64,000 nt of DNA from Camelus ferus (Eukaryota): assembly GCF_009834535.1 (NCBI RefSeq), contig NC_045697.1:20152001-20216000 (forward strand), in the 5' to 3' direction. Below, piece after piece: positions 38,110-51,913 of the stretch. Below the pieces are notes generated by a model. The model searched no databases, was not told the DNA's origin, and saw nothing but the letters and a program-made list of their open reading frames with translations. Each line of letters starts with the position of its first letter. Position 1 is the stretch's first letter. The position numbers were made by a program, and so were the translations under genes.

Positions 38110-39650
38110 ACATGAATGTGTGTAATCATAAAAATGTATGTATTGTTTTCATGGTTTTAAAATCTTTTAAGTGATAACAGAAACATATATATACTACCAT
38201 TTTTTCAGCAACTTTTAAAATTATTGCTAAATTTGGAAGTTTTTGAGATAGCCATGTTAAAACATGTAACTGTAGGTAATTCATGTAACAAGCTACACAG
38301 AATTCTTATGGAAGAATAGATCACGTACATACCCTACTGATAAAATATACTAAACGTATTCATAAGTTGTATATCCTTGTTTTTTTTTTTTCTGTTGATG
38401 AATTGTTTCTTTTGTTATGAAAGCCACGCTTCAGTGGACATTCTTAAACATGCCCTAACAGACACGTAACCCTTAGTTTCCTAGGATATATATCTCAGAG
38501 AGGAATTGTTGGCTCAAAGGATATATGTACCTTCTGTATTAGCTAATATTGACAAAATGCTCATCACAGGGTTTATGCCAGATACCAGTATATGAGGGCT
38601 CTTGTTCTAACACATCTTTGCCATCAATCATTATTGTCAAAGTTTTTTCATTTTTTTATCTTTGGTAATATAAAATCCTGTCTTATTGTAATTTTGAATT
38701 TGCTTTCTTGATTACAAGTGAACTGAGCACTTCTCAAATGTTTATTGGTATATTATTTATGATTGGCATCCTTTTGCTTATTTTGATAATTACACTTTGT
38801 TATTAGTATTTAGGAGTTAGAGACATTGCATACCATTAGTTGGTTAAATTTTACTTTGTTTTCTGTATCTTCTGTGGAATACATTTTTTTATTTTATTTT
38901 ATTTTATTTATTTTAATGAGGTCAAATTAATTTCTTTTTGCTTTGTGCTCCAAGTGCCTTGTTAAACCAAGACCATACATATATTATCTAATATTTTATT
39001 CTTGGTATTTAAATTTTTTCTTTTCTTGATTAAATAATTTATCTGCCAGCCTGACCACTTAATTTTGTCTACAATAAGAAACAAGAAATTAATTCCTTCT
39101 CAATGTATGCATAGATAATCCCTGACCTAGTGCCACTTCTTGAATTTCATTCTATACATACATCAAATTTCAATGCAAGCATAGATTACTTATAATTACT
39201 CTATATTATTATTTCCTTTTGTTTATGCATCTATCCTACAGTGTCTTGCAAATTCTCTTTTTAATCCAAGTAGATGATCCATACATTTTTTTTTGCACTT
39301 TCTGCATGTCTAATCCAATTTGAAATCTGTGTTTGGGATTTTCTTCACATGTTTGTTTGGCTATTCAGGGCAATTTTGGACATAGACAGTAATATAGGAT
39401 GCATTAATACATTTAAAATACTGAGCCATCTTACAATCCTGGGTTAAAATCCATAGAAACAAGACATTTTTAAGTTAATTGTTTGACAGGTGAGAATGAG
39501 AACATTCTTATCTTTTTAAATATTCTTATCTAGTTCTTCTGTTGGGTGAGCCTAGATGATAAATTAGATAATATTCTTACCTTTCTTATCTGTGAAACAT
39601 TTTACAGGATATAAATTATCAATACAAGCTACCTGATCTAGTAATTTTTT
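38110..39650 (-). mobile_element. Ancient LINE-1 (L1ME/L1M5-like) fragments
   Basis: T-rich; 'ctaggatatatatctcagagaggaattgttggctcaaagg', 'ttgattacaagtgaactgagcacttctcaaatgtttattgg'. Confidence 0.7.
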
Positions 39651-39879
39651 GCCATTTTGGGATCAAAAATTTTAGGAAACTGCTGTTTCTCATTCCATAT
39701 TTTGTTACTGTTGTTGTTCATGATACGTAAGTTCTAAGGATTCTGGATAGGTGAATATATATAACCACTCCTGAAGCATTTTAGATGCTCAATATTTGTT
39801 GGGAAAAAATAAATAAAAACCAAGTAATGAGACAATGTGACTGGAAAGATAAGCAGAGAAAAAAGAGGACTGTTCATTT

Positions 39880-40330
39880 CAAATAGAGTTCATAGTTCTT
39901 CTTGTAGAAAATGAATTTTGTGGTCAATGGACTTGAAGGTTAACAATTCAGATGCTATTGTTATCATCTTGGTGAGAATTTGGTCTCCTAAACTAGGTCC
40001 ATAAACTAGTCTGGAGAGAGAATAGAAGCATACACTCTCATCTATATCCACACAAGAAGAGATGATACATACAGATAGGAATTCAAACAGCTGAACTTAT
40101 TTCGTGATTGAATTTAGGGAATGGGAGAGAAAAAGGAATCAAGAATGTGTGCCAGGTTTCTGTGTGGGATGACTGAATGAATGACAGTAATGCTACCAAG
40201 TGGGAAAATATTGAAGTATGAGCGGGTTGCGGGCAGGATGAATTCTGTTTGGGACATAGTAATTTTGAGATAGATTACCCTGACTAACCTTATCCCACAC
40301 AGAAGTCTCAAATGAGAGAAGCAACTTAGA
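39880..40330 (-). mobile_element. L2 LINE fragment
   Basis: 'ggaatcaagaatg...ccaggtttctg...gaatgacagtaatgctacc...gatgaattctgtttgggacat'. Confidence 0.7.
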
Positions 40331-40829
40331 TATTAAAATAATCTAAATATGTAAAATATAGTTTCACTGTGTTCAGCAGAAAAAGGAACTATGTAAATCA
40401 AAAGTAATGAAAGTTTCTTTTTACTTGGGAAAAGTGAAATAGAGAGGTGTATTGAAGGTGTTTTGCATTATTAAATTAAGGTAAAACCTGTGTATCAGGA
40501 TAGTGAATGTTGGTCCCAGGACCCAGAGATTCTATGAATCTGTGTTTTAAGCCTACATATTTTGAATATAGTATGCTCCATAAAGTCTTGATTAATTATT
40601 TTCTCATAAAGTCCAGTTAAAGAGAACATCGTAATAGCATTCTCTATTGCCACTACTGAGTATGGGAAAAGCACAACACTTCGATGAGACACTATCAGCC
40701 TATACTGAGGGTATAAAACATGAAAAATTATTATGAAACGCATCATCTTGTCTACTGTAAAGAAACTACTGTAAGAAATACATGAGGTCATTCTTATTAG
40801 TCACCTCCAAGAAAAGTGTCTAATCTTTA

Positions 40830-41610
40830 GAAATAATATTCACGTTTATTTAACAAATACAGAATCCCAGAATAATGCTAAATTGTTTGCAAAAATTCTC
40901 TCACAGGATGGATAATATTAGTATATCCACTTAAAGTTAATGAGACCTAAAGCTTAGAAACAATTCTCTGAGGAGCCACTTGGAATCCCATAATTGGTAT
41001 GAACATTATTTTTAAATGAAAATATTTGAGATTCAACAGATGCAGAAAGTAGCCTTCTCAGAGCTTCTTTTATATGATTAGAAGCAACAACTTCTCAAAA
41101 TGAGGCTGCCATAAATTTCCTCTGCAGGCTGGCTTTACTCCCAAGAGAAAGAACCAGAATAAATCTATCGTAAATCCCTTCTCCAGGGCGTTGTATGGAC
41201 CTGAAGAATATGGAAGGATCACTTGTGCACATATAGGCAAATATCATCATAAACTTTCTTTATCTCCCATTTATTCTCCTAAAAACCCATTCGTCTTTCC
41301 TAAGAAGCCTTTTCTCTCCTCTCCTTTTCCTCTGCTAAAATAGGCATGTAAACCTCTAACTTTAACCAGTTAGCAGGACAGCTACTTCTTTTGTTGGTTT
41401 CCATATACATATGTATTAACCTTTTTGGCCTGTTTTCTATCTGTTGTCAGTTTAATTTGCAGGCTCCAGTTGCTAAGCTAAGAGGGGAGAGGAAAAGACT
41501 TTTTTTTTTCTCCTCCACAGTCTCAATATACAAAATTAGCGATTGGTGGGGCTCAGACTTAAAACCCAGTTATAGGGTTCTAGAGTCTGTGCCTTTGAGT
41601 AGCCACATTC
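40830..41610 (-). mobile_element. MIR SINE split by an LTR insertion
   Basis: MIR-like 'aatgagacctaaagcttaga' before 40969 and 'ttggtggggctcagacttaaaacccag...tctagagtctgtgcctttga' after 41519. Confidence 0.6.
40969..41519 (+). mobile_element. ERV1 solo LTR (MER34-like)
   Basis: TG...CA ends, 'gagattcaacagatgcagaaag', 'ctgttgtcagtttaatttgcaggctccag...tttttctcctccaca'; flanks ttctc/gtctc. Confidence 0.78.
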
Positions 41611-42182
41611 CTCTGTTTATTGTTCATTTGTGATTACTCTTGTTTGTTTAGTTATCTTTTTTAGTTTTTAAATTTTAAATCTTAATGCTCCATGAGCAGT
41701 GTCATAGACTATCTCATTGGTTACTACAGTGTTTTAAACAAGCCTGTAATCTGCCCTAATAAAATACATAGGTCAACAATCACAGTGTCAGATTCCTACC
41801 AGCTTATTATCTCAATAATCTGTTTCCTTATTAGCAAAGCAAAACTAAAAGATCATACTTCACAGCAGCTACGTAAGATTGTTCGTCTACTCTGACAATA
41901 CAAGAATTTGCTGTTCATGGTATAAACCCAGGCAACTTTCAACTAGACTGAAGATAGAATTTTATGTGATAAAATACCAGTGGGTTTAAAGGTTTGTTGT
42001 TGGAATAAATAGCAGTTCAAGGTATACAGGTAAAAGACATTCCTATGGGAAGCTAACAAGTAAAAGGAAGAGTGAATCTGGCCATATATATTTGCCTAAG
42101 AATATATTTTGTCAGTGGTAGAGAATAAATAACACTAGCAAGGAGAGAAGGGCTGTGCTGCTGGGGTTTAACACATACATTT

Positions 42183-42339
42183 CTTTTTCTTTTTTTTAAC
42201 TTTCGTTAATTTTTTTTTTCTTTTTCCGGAGGGAGGTAATTAGATTTATTTATTTATTTGTAATGGCAGTACTGGGGATTGGACTCTGGACCCTGTGCAT
42301 GGTAAGCACATGCTTTACCACTGAGCTATACCTTCCCCC
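42183..42339 (-). mobile_element. tRNA-Ala-derived SINE (camelid Vic-1-like) with perfect 13-bp TSD
   Basis: Minus strand GGGGGAAGGTATAGCTCAGTGGTAAAGCATGTGCTTACCATGCACAGGGTCC...CAATCCCCAGTAC; TSD aacacatacattt at 42170-42182 and 42340-42352; TT/AAAA L1-endonuclease context. Confidence 0.92.
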
Positions 42340-42503
42340 AACACATACATTTTTAAGCCTCAATTCTGGTCCTACGTTTGTTTATATTTGCTTATTTCCA
42401 CTTGTAACTTTTGTTATTTTATTATATTTTATATTTTCCTACAAGTGGCCTTAAATATTTCCTAAAACTGGGTTGAAAAGTAAAACTAATAAAATAAGCA
42501 ATA

Positions 42504-42626
42504 ACATACATGTATGTGTATATATAATATGCATTACACACACATATATACATATATGTATGGGTATATATAATGTGTATTACACACACATATATGTATA
42601 CATACATACACATACGTATACATACA

Positions 42627-42672
<46 letters not shown>

Positions 42673-42675
42673 TAT
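42504..42675. repeat. (TA)/(CA)/(TG) low-complexity tract ending in about (TA)19
   Basis: Read directly. Confidence 0.95.
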
Positions 42676-45600
42676 GGAGATAGATATATTCCTTCACCTT
42701 TTCTGACCTTGAAATGGACCATTTCTACTATGGAAAGTCACACTACCAGGAATATATATGGACCAGATAGGATCATATTACATCTAATTTTATTACTATC
42801 TTACTATTTTATAAATCACATACTGGGATGGGTATCATAATAGTGACCAGGGACTCTTAGCTGCTAATCAGCAAGAGACAGATTAAAAATATCTAAAATA
42901 TAGAAGCTGATTTCTGTCTCTGCTGAGAACAATGACTTCTGAATTTTTTTGTTTTTAAATTTCATAGACTACTTCCTATTTTTGTAGTTTTGAAATTAAA
43001 TCATTTACTAAAACAATTACATTTTGAAAGATTTTTCAGCTTTTAAATCTACCCTTTAAACAGTACAAATCCATATTATGATTAAATAATCAGGCCAAAG
43101 GTGTTAGAAGAAAACTGTTGATTGTATTCATATATTGGCGGTTTCTTAATTATACAACTGGTGAAACCAGAGGAATTGTTTGATCTTTTTTCCTTTTGTA
43201 GAGAAATTTTGAAAATCAAAAACAGTGACTGTCTTTGCAAAACAAAGAACTGATTACATGTTTAGTCAATAAATAAAGAACGGCTGGTTACATGTTATGT
43301 TTTGTTCATTTATCTCCCCAGCTGCATTTACAAGGTTTCCTTTGAAACTGCAGTAAAATGAGATGGTCTCCGGGTAGAGAACAAAGAAAATAGTGTTTTC
43401 TCTTTTTCATAATGGTCCAGTTCTGCAGTGCACAGTGTACAAGCAGGCCCGGCATTGCAAGGCGATGAGGGCACAGAGGGAAGGCTTCCTATGGTAGAGG
43501 TTATAATTTACTTTAAGAAGGTTCTAAAATGAGAGGAGCTGCCTTGTACGTGTGCACAGGGGCAGCGTGTGAGAGGTGCCAAAGGAAGGGTTGCTAGGAA
43601 ATGTACAAATAAGGGGAAAAGAAAGGAAGAAGGACGATGACCTCTGATTATTCCCCCCTTACAAGGATTCTACCCATTGTCCTTTCAACAAACATTTCCG
43701 CTAAAATTGCCAGGTCATCTGCACAAGGAAATCAGGTATGCCAACGCACATGGACCTAATCAGGAAAAGTGTCTAGCCTAGGACAGGACTTCACACCAAA
43801 TCCCACAGTCATTAGTGACCAGAAGAGAGCTTCAGGCTGTCACCTTCACTTCATTTGGGCTTAGATATCAGAGTATCCATGTTGGAGAAGAAAGCAGCTA
43901 GCTCATTTGCAGCAAAGCGAACTGTGCTTGAGTATTGTGCTAGAAAACCGACTGGTTTTCTGCTACTGGCTGAATTAAAGTTGCCCCCTTATCTCTCTGC
44001 AATTCTTGTCATTTGAAGGTGGACTGTGGAGAGAAAGGATCACTTTACAGATGGGCTTTAATCTGTAGTTTCCGTGTGAAATGCTGAGGCTCAGCACTGA
44101 AGCACAGTCTGACAGAGAGAAGACCCAGGAAGTGACCCCACTGTGACTCCCAGGGGGGCTGAGTTTCTTTCTGGTTTAGCGGGGAAATGTCAAACAAAAC
44201 ATACTATCTTCATAGCAAAAAGCTGATAATAATAAAAAGGTTAAATGTGCTAGCAGCCTATTTGACCCCCCCCCAAGAAAAAAACCCACCCGTGAATTAA
44301 GCTAAGCAGACTAGGCATGCACACACATATATACACAAGCAGACATTTTTCTAGTCAGAGAGACTACAGTAGTAGTTTAATACGCATCTACTAACATAGT
44401 TCCTTTTCTACTTACTATGATTTATAGTCAAGAGATATTTTTTCAAGGTGATTCAAAACTTAGAAAACAAAAATACTCATACATACCCAGGATAATATAA
44501 CATGAGTAAAGCCTTAGCTGAAAATTTCAGTATTAAATTTTCAATATTCTTATCATCAGATAAAATGAAAAAATAACAGTTTTCTGAATCCTTTTTTTCC
44601 ATTTCTATTTTTATTTCTTTTTCTTACCTCCCTTTTGGATAGTAGACTTGCTTTTTTGGTACTGTAGTTTCTACAAAGAGAATCCTACATATTTGTTCAA
44701 GTATAATAAAAAATTTCTTTTGATAATATGCTATTAGTTTTTCATATTTACACAAACACACATATATGCATGTATGTAGGTATATATCTAACTCTACATT
44801 GAATAGACATACTGGTTAATTTCTAAAATGTAATGGATTTGGATTATTTTATATAGATGATACATTTAAAACTGATTTTTTTTGGAACAAATACCATTCT
44901 ATCATAGAGGTTTGTGAAGTTGAGATCTGAGATTTCAACCAAATGCAATTTTTCCACATTTTTGTGAGAATCAAAGACTTTCATTGTGATTCAAACAAGA
45001 ATGACAAAGGTGACTTAAGAGTTTCATTTTTTGACTTTGTAAGGAGTGCTCTCTTTGTTACCATTGACTTAAAGAGCTCCCTTTCTATAAATCTGACAGT
45101 AGATTATTTGCCTTAAATCTGAGAGGCCTAACAATTTGGAGTTTAAAAGTCCTGCATCAGTCTGACTTGGCATCACACTGGGATGAGTCAAAAGGCCAGA
45201 CACTATCTCATTGGGAAAGATAAATTATCGTGTCTGAGTACCAGGAATAAGGATTCTAAATATGGACGGGTCTAACTCATTCAACATTTCAATGATGGCC
45301 AAGTGACACATGCAGGGCGGGCTCAACCTCTACAGCTGGAACCTTAGGTCTTTGGGAAGATGTGGCAATGTAGATTTGTGAAGATAAATGACATACCGCT
45401 TTTGGGGAATGAATGGAATTTTTAGCTCAGACAGGGACCTTTCAGAAATCTTAATCATTACGTCACTTTTTCTTAATTGCTTAATTCTCTTCATCCAAGA
45501 AAAGCCACTGCAACGTGGCCATCCATTGCCCTCACACATATTTATTCTTAATATTGATTTCCATACTTTTGCATTTAAAATATCACTATAAATATCCATA

Positions 45601-46639
45601 TTTTTATCTCTTTTGACAATTATATTTGCATTTTTTGTGACAAACTGTTCAAAACAAATGGAAAACTGTTCAAAACAAGTTGATTTAAGTAAAGATTAAC
45701 TGAACACATATAGTGAAAAGAAGAGATTCTCAGAACTAGTTTAAAATAAATGATGTAATATCTTCTATTTCTAGCCACTCACTAAGGCAATAGATTAAGT
45801 GCTAATGACAGAGTCAACAAAAGCAAGATAACGTTTTGCTATTACCAATGTCTCGGGTGTTACCTAATTGGCTACCTTTCACATCATTTTTTTGGACAAG
45901 CATCTCTAAAGGTTGACTTCTGCACTGCTTTCTGTCCCAGAAGCCCTTGGAGCAAAATTAAGGAAAATTGACATTCAGAGAAAAGAAATGTCATTTGAAT
46001 TGTTTACATGATCTAAGAAAATAGAATGATGCATTGCTTATGTTGTTAATTTTGGTATCTCCTTTGTCAATCACAAAATAAATTCTCTAGCACTGTCCCT
46101 GAAATCCTAAGTTAACATTTGTCCCGTGACGGTGATGAATAAAAGTACCTATGAGATAAAACCAAACTCTTAAAAGCAAAGTAGTAAATTCAAAAGAGCA
46201 ATAAAAATGGCAATACCATGGTTAATTATTGTTATGCTTTATTATTCTCCTAAATTTGGAGAAGTCAAAAAAAGCTGATTCTAAGTATGTTGAGCATGTA
46301 TTTTTATATTTTGTTTCAAATATAGGGGTCAATCAGTGGCTGAAGTCTAAAAATGAGGTGAAATACTAGCAGAAAAAGGTTTTCAAGAAAAATGCTAATT
46401 TTGTTTTGACTAAAATACAGCTCATTAATGGATTTTCATGAACTACATTCTTTAGATTTTATTGCTAATTTAAACTGCTTATAAGTTTCACTATAGGAAT
46501 ATAGTCAGATAATATGACAATTTATTTAACATGTTCTTGTCTAGGATCTACTATATATCTGTCAGAGTGAAAGAAACTGAATACATAGCAATAAACAAAA
46601 TATAAATGGTTCTTAAAGATTTACTGGAATTAATTTTCA

Positions 46640-46890
46640 CTTAATTTAATACTAATAAAAGTTTGCTAACATATATATTTGTCTATGATTTATAAAATGC
46701 TTTTAAAGGCATTATGTAATTGATCCTTTTTGTGATCTATGAAAACATGTAAATAATTATTATGGTTATTTACATTTTAAATGTGAAAGAATGTAACTCT
46801 AAGAGTTTAAATAAATTTAAAAATATTTTTGGCTTCTAAGTAGTAGAGTTGGGGCTTAAGTGTAATTGAATACTCACTGCTTCATGCTTT
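46640..46890 (-). mobile_element. MIR fragment
   Basis: 'acattttaaatgtgaaaga...ctctaagagtttaaataa...ctaagtagtagagttggggctt'. Confidence 0.55.
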
Positions 46891-48557
46891 GCAGTTGCTC
46901 TCTGTAACGTAAAGAAATTCTTGTTCATTTTCTAGATTTTCTACAGATTTTTTCTCTCTCTTCTTCCTTTAGCAGAAAGTTTCAGCAATGTCTTCCATTC
47001 TAATATTTGGTTATATTATTCATACATTTTAGTTAATTGATATGCAAAATATTCACAGAATCATAGAGTAAGAAGTAATTGTGTTAAGTCTGACCTAACT
47101 CACATCCTCCAGATAAGTAAAAACATCAATAGTCCCAAATACTAAACAATTTATTTAATTTTTTTAAGGCTCCAGTTGACCTTTTAGTTGTATAGTCTAG
47201 AATTAGTCATTCTTGGAAAGAAAAATTAGTTATTCTCAACATTTTCTCTGGATACAACTTAAATTCATTATTCCCTGGCTTACAGTTGAAAATGATTGAT
47301 AAATTCCTATTAAAATGTTTACTCATCTTTCTCTGGAGCAGGTATGTTTCATCTCTGACTACTCCAAATGTCAATAATCTATTTTCTCTAACTCTGACTA
47401 TTTATAGTATTTGAAGTATGTATCACACAAATAGGATAGTATGTATTGAAACTCATTTTACATTCATCATTAAGGTTTTATGTACTTAAATTCCATACAT
47501 TGTAAACATAGTAAGGCTTTGTATTTTGCTGTGTACATCTTTATCTGACTGCTTATTACTCACAGATGATGTTTTATTTGGATGGTTTCTCAAATGTATT
47601 ATATAGAGGCTGAAATCTAGAATTATATATAATTTCCTATTTTCCTATTTTGGCTTTAGGATAAAGTCTGTTATATCCAATGGTTAATAAGGAAATCTTA
47701 GAGGCAATGCCTAATTCTACCTAATGCGCTCAAGTACAGCTACTCTCTATAGCTCCACTGAATTAATATTATTCAGTTTCATTGACTAGACATACAGTCC
47801 AACATCAGCATATTTTGTCTTAAAGTGGCACATGTAATCATTATAACTATTTGGCAAATATCATTCTGTACATTACAGCTATTACAATAATCAAGAGTTA
47901 ATACATGGCAGAAAACTTTAAGTACCATAACAATAGAAGTACAGAATTTTAGAAGGAAAAAATGCATACGTTTGCATTGATCATAAAAAATTTCATGGAG
48001 TAGCTTTGAGGCAGGCCTTAATAAAGGCTAAGCGGGGTTTGTTTGGGTGTTAATAGAATCATAGGAATTGTGAGAAATCCACTGTTCAGGAAATAGTTGT
48101 CATTACCCTTCACTGGCATAGACAGGATTCCATTCTTTTATTTCCATTAGTTCTCTCTTTTAGTCATTACAACACAATCCAAAATATGGAAAACTACTTT
48201 AGCTGTACATGTGGAGGGGTAGTGATGTGAAAGAACACATGATAGACAGAAAGTCAAAAGAAATGTTTTGTCCTTGATTTTATTTCTAATTAGACTTAGA
48301 TGTTTGTTAAACTGTATAGGCTCTCCAAAACTCATTTTGCATATCTGAAAAAATAAATGAGTTAATACTCATTAACCTCCCACCAAATATTCAATTTTTA
48401 TGATCTTTTAAAAATGATTGCAATTATATTTTCTGCTTTTCTCTTCTTTTTGAGCTAACCTGGTATTTTAATCTCAGGGTCTTTCTCATTTCTCTTTGCA
48501 TATCTCTCTACACAAGCTGAATTTAACAATGATTTGTGAATACTCCACACTCTTCCT

Positions 48558-48599
48558 TGAGCCATTGGGACTGAGCCAGTGGGACTGAGCCAGTGGGAA
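48558..48599. repeat. 14-bp tandem repeat x3 (tgagccagtgggac)
   Basis: tgagccattgggac / tgagccagtgggac / tgagccagtgggaa. Confidence 0.9.
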
Positions 48600-48639
48600 A
48601 TAAGAAAAGCAAAGGGCTAGAAATTCAGGGTGAGATTAG

Positions 48640-48832
48640 GTGATTGAAAATATTTGCGTGAGACTGGTTTGGAAGAAGTTAGACAAGGATATATAAAAGT
48701 TGGACAAGCAGGCAAGGATATAACATGTCATGCTAAAGCATTTGGATTTAATTGTCAAGAAGTGGAAAACCACTGAAAGGTGTGAAGTGGGGCAGTTGGT
48801 GTGATAATATTTGCATTTTAAAAAGCTGACTT
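48640..48832 (-). mobile_element. L2 fragment
   Basis: 'catgctaaagcatttggatttaatt...tggaaaaccactgaaagg...atttgcattttaaaaagct'. Confidence 0.7.
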
Positions 48833-49712
48833 GGACTTCCTGTTTTCCATCTGGCATGTGAGGGGCTTGGAAGTCACCACTCCATTATAACATGTGAAAA
48901 GTTGAACAAACTGAAAAATCAACAGCTCTTCTTAGATCCTTAAGAGAAAGGCCACAGGGCAAACCACTGACCCCAAAATGAAACAGACAGACAGATACAG
49001 AGATTCAAAACTTACTAGAGCAGAAACACAACAGCAGAAACCTCCACAGGAGCCAAGGCCAGGGTAGGAGAACCTAAAGTGTACTTGATGAATTGCTGGA
49101 GGCTCAGTGTGGACAAGTCAAAGAATCAAAAACTCCTGGTGGATCCAGTCCCCATATTTTTCTGAGTTTTACCTTCAAGAGCTCAACCAGGTTCTTACAG
49201 TGAGTATCAGAAAAATCCTCACTTGCTTCTGGCTGAGAGACCGGAAATTCACCATTTTGAAAAACAACAGTGTATACTTTTCTTAACAAGGTCTGCTCAC
49301 AATAGAAAGTATTTAACCAGAGGCTAACCTGCTGGGGTTTTATCAGAGCTTAACCTACCTGGGGGAAAGGGGATACTCAATTCCAGCTCTGCCTAGCCAT
49401 CCTGTACCACCTAAGGGTGGTTGTGGAGGAACTGAGAAGCCCAGGTAAGTTCACAGTGCAAAGACACAGGCACAATAAAATACTGAGGCCTAATCATAGG
49501 ACTATAGAACATCCCCCACCACCCTGCCCCACACTTTTCCACACATTACCAATGGCATTTTTAAAGAAGTTTCTTTTACCTAGTGCATGTCCAACTATAT
49601 AAAAAAAAAAAACACACGCACACACAATGTATACTAAAGGACAAAAAAGTTTGAAGAGACCAAGCAAACATCAAAACCATACTCAGCTATGACAGACATG
49701 TTGGAATTACCA
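48833..49712 (+). mobile_element. Old LINE-1 5' end (L1MC/L1MD-type 5'UTR into ORF1)
   Basis: 'ggacttcctgttt...aaaagttgaacaaactgaaaaatcaacagctcttcttagatcc...tttgaagagaccaagcaaacatcaaaacca...gacatgttggaattac'. Confidence 0.72.
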
Positions 49713-49776
49713 GAATCAGAAACTTATCAACCCTTCCAGGTGATTCTGATGTGCACTTAAGTTTGAGAACGACTGG
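49712..49776. mobile_element. MER5A-like hAT-Charlie end fragment
   Basis: 'gaatcagaaact...ccaggtgattctgatgtgcacttaagtttgagaacgactg'. Confidence 0.75.
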
Positions 49777-50679
49777 TCTATGGGACTGATTTGGATACAA
49801 AATTTCTTATATGTGATTTCTCAAAAATTTTTTTGTCATTATACTCACAATTCGTCTCAATATAGGCTTCAAGTAATTTTCTTTTTTTCTACTCCTGTTA
49901 TCGTTACCTATACAAAGATACCATAAATCCTTTGTATGTTTTTAATGCCTTTTAGCGCAGTGCTGCTAAAGAAATATTCAGTAGGTGCCTACTGAAAGGA
50001 AGTCAGTAACCAACACATCCTCTAGCTAGGACTGGTTTTGCAAACAACTCTTCTGCAGACAATCTGACCTGGATAGAGCACTGCTTTTTGGATGATGCTA
50101 AACGTCAATGTGAAGACCTCTAAGTTCCATGAACCAGAGGTGACTCCCATTTATCCAGAGACACAGTGTCTCACATAAGGTTATCTAAGCCAGAGACTCC
50201 TGTTCTCTCTCTTGCTGTTATACAGCAGAGAGGAGAGAAAATAAATCTGATATTTTGGAATGTTTCTATTTAGTGTAAGCTCTGGTAAAGGGTTTGATGG
50301 AGGATGAGCTGTGAGTGTTTGACAAAAAACTAAGGGTCCTGATTAAGCAGTTGGTACCCTTCATTCATCAGGGTTATTCCTGCTGCTCATTGGAGTTAAT
50401 ATAATTTACTTAGGGGAAAAAATTGATAACTCAGGTTAAACCTACTCTTACTCCAAAGTACCCAAATGAGTATGTGTCGGATTTTCCCCAGATCTTGTTC
50501 ATTTCTCTAATTCATTTTTGGCCCTGGAAATCCTGAGTCATGTAAGAACAAAAGAAAGCTGCTTTCCAGTATAGATGGTCACCTTCTAAATAAAAATTAG
50601 AACCTGTGCTCAGATCATGCTTTCTTCTTGTTTATCAACCATGAAAACAGTCTCTATGCTATATCCACTCTTAGCAATC

Positions 50680-50850
50680 TTTGTGTATTTCATTTATATG
50701 ATGATCTAGTGAGAGATATCTAGTTACTGGTTCATGGGAAACTGAGGCCTAGTGAGGTTAATTAACTTTTATTAGGTCACATGGCTAGTAAAGACATAAA
50801 AGAATTTAAATCCATATCTCTTGTGGCAGAGAATCCAATTTTTTAGCAAT
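50680..50850 (-). mobile_element. MIR fragment
   Basis: 'atgggaaactgaggcctagtgaggttaattaactt...aggtcacatggctagtaa'. Confidence 0.8.
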
Positions 50851-51913
50851 ATCTCAGACCATATGTGAACATTTATTTCTTCAGAAATGTTAGTGGATGT
50901 AGCCTCAGGTGCCTTCATGTAATTTTTAACCTAAAACTATCTTTTGGTGGAAACCTTGGGATTTTTTTTTTTTTTTTTTTGGCTTCCAAGTAGCAGTTTT
51001 ATTTAGTGTTCCTTTACTGATCCAGTCTCCTGTGAATTTTCTATTTACTTCTCTGGTTGGGGAAGATGGGAATGTTTGCTAACCTGGTAGTACACTCCAT
51101 GCATTGACCTTTTAGCATCCCTTCTGGTCTTGGTTGTTGGAGAATGTCCTCTTCCCACCTGCTTTTGTTTGTACTCTCTGAACCACTGTTTGCATTTAAT
51201 TTCAAAATGTCTCCTTCCATTATCTTTCTAGTTTTCAAATCATTTTTATGCCACTTTCTATTATACTTCTGATACTTTCCCATTTATCTAAGACTTTTTA
51301 AAAAAATATATATTCTAGAGCATGAGAAAAGATGCCAACTGAAAGTGAACCCATGAAGGGAAAAAAGAAGAAAAAAATTAAAGTGGACAGAAGTGTCAAA
51401 AAGATTGAAACACAAGAAATACTGAGTTTAGAAAAGATTTTAGACCTGAAATTTTTCTTAGACAGAAGTCAAGGAAATAAAGTGACAGTGAGGAAAATAA
51501 CATAGTAAAGAGTTTGGGACAGCAGTTGCATGGATACAGTTGCTATAGATTTGCCACTTAATCCTAGAGATCCAAGCTGTGAATCACACTGTCTTCCCAT
51601 AAATAGATGAATCTGACATGGCTTTCTGTTCAAATGAGAGAACAAACAAATATGTACAGACATAGACGTCTTTTTTATTTCTTAAACTTCTGTAAAATGG
51701 GAATGTGACCTAAACAGTTCTACCTAATACCATATGTATTAGATAGACTCTTGATTGGAGAAAATGTAATATAAGAAGAAGCATTTGCTCTCATTTACTG
51801 AGATCGTCAGAAATGTTGGATAATTTCTCTTTCAGACTGGGATAATCCAGAACAAAAACTGGTAACATAGTAACTGCTGAAGATTCAAATTCAGGTCACT
51901 CTGGCTTCAGAGC

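Noticed and set aside
42422..42722. ORFs rich in YI/HT dipeptides (also 35136-35457 and 37102-37395)
   Set aside because: These are translations of (TA)n and (CA)n microsatellites.
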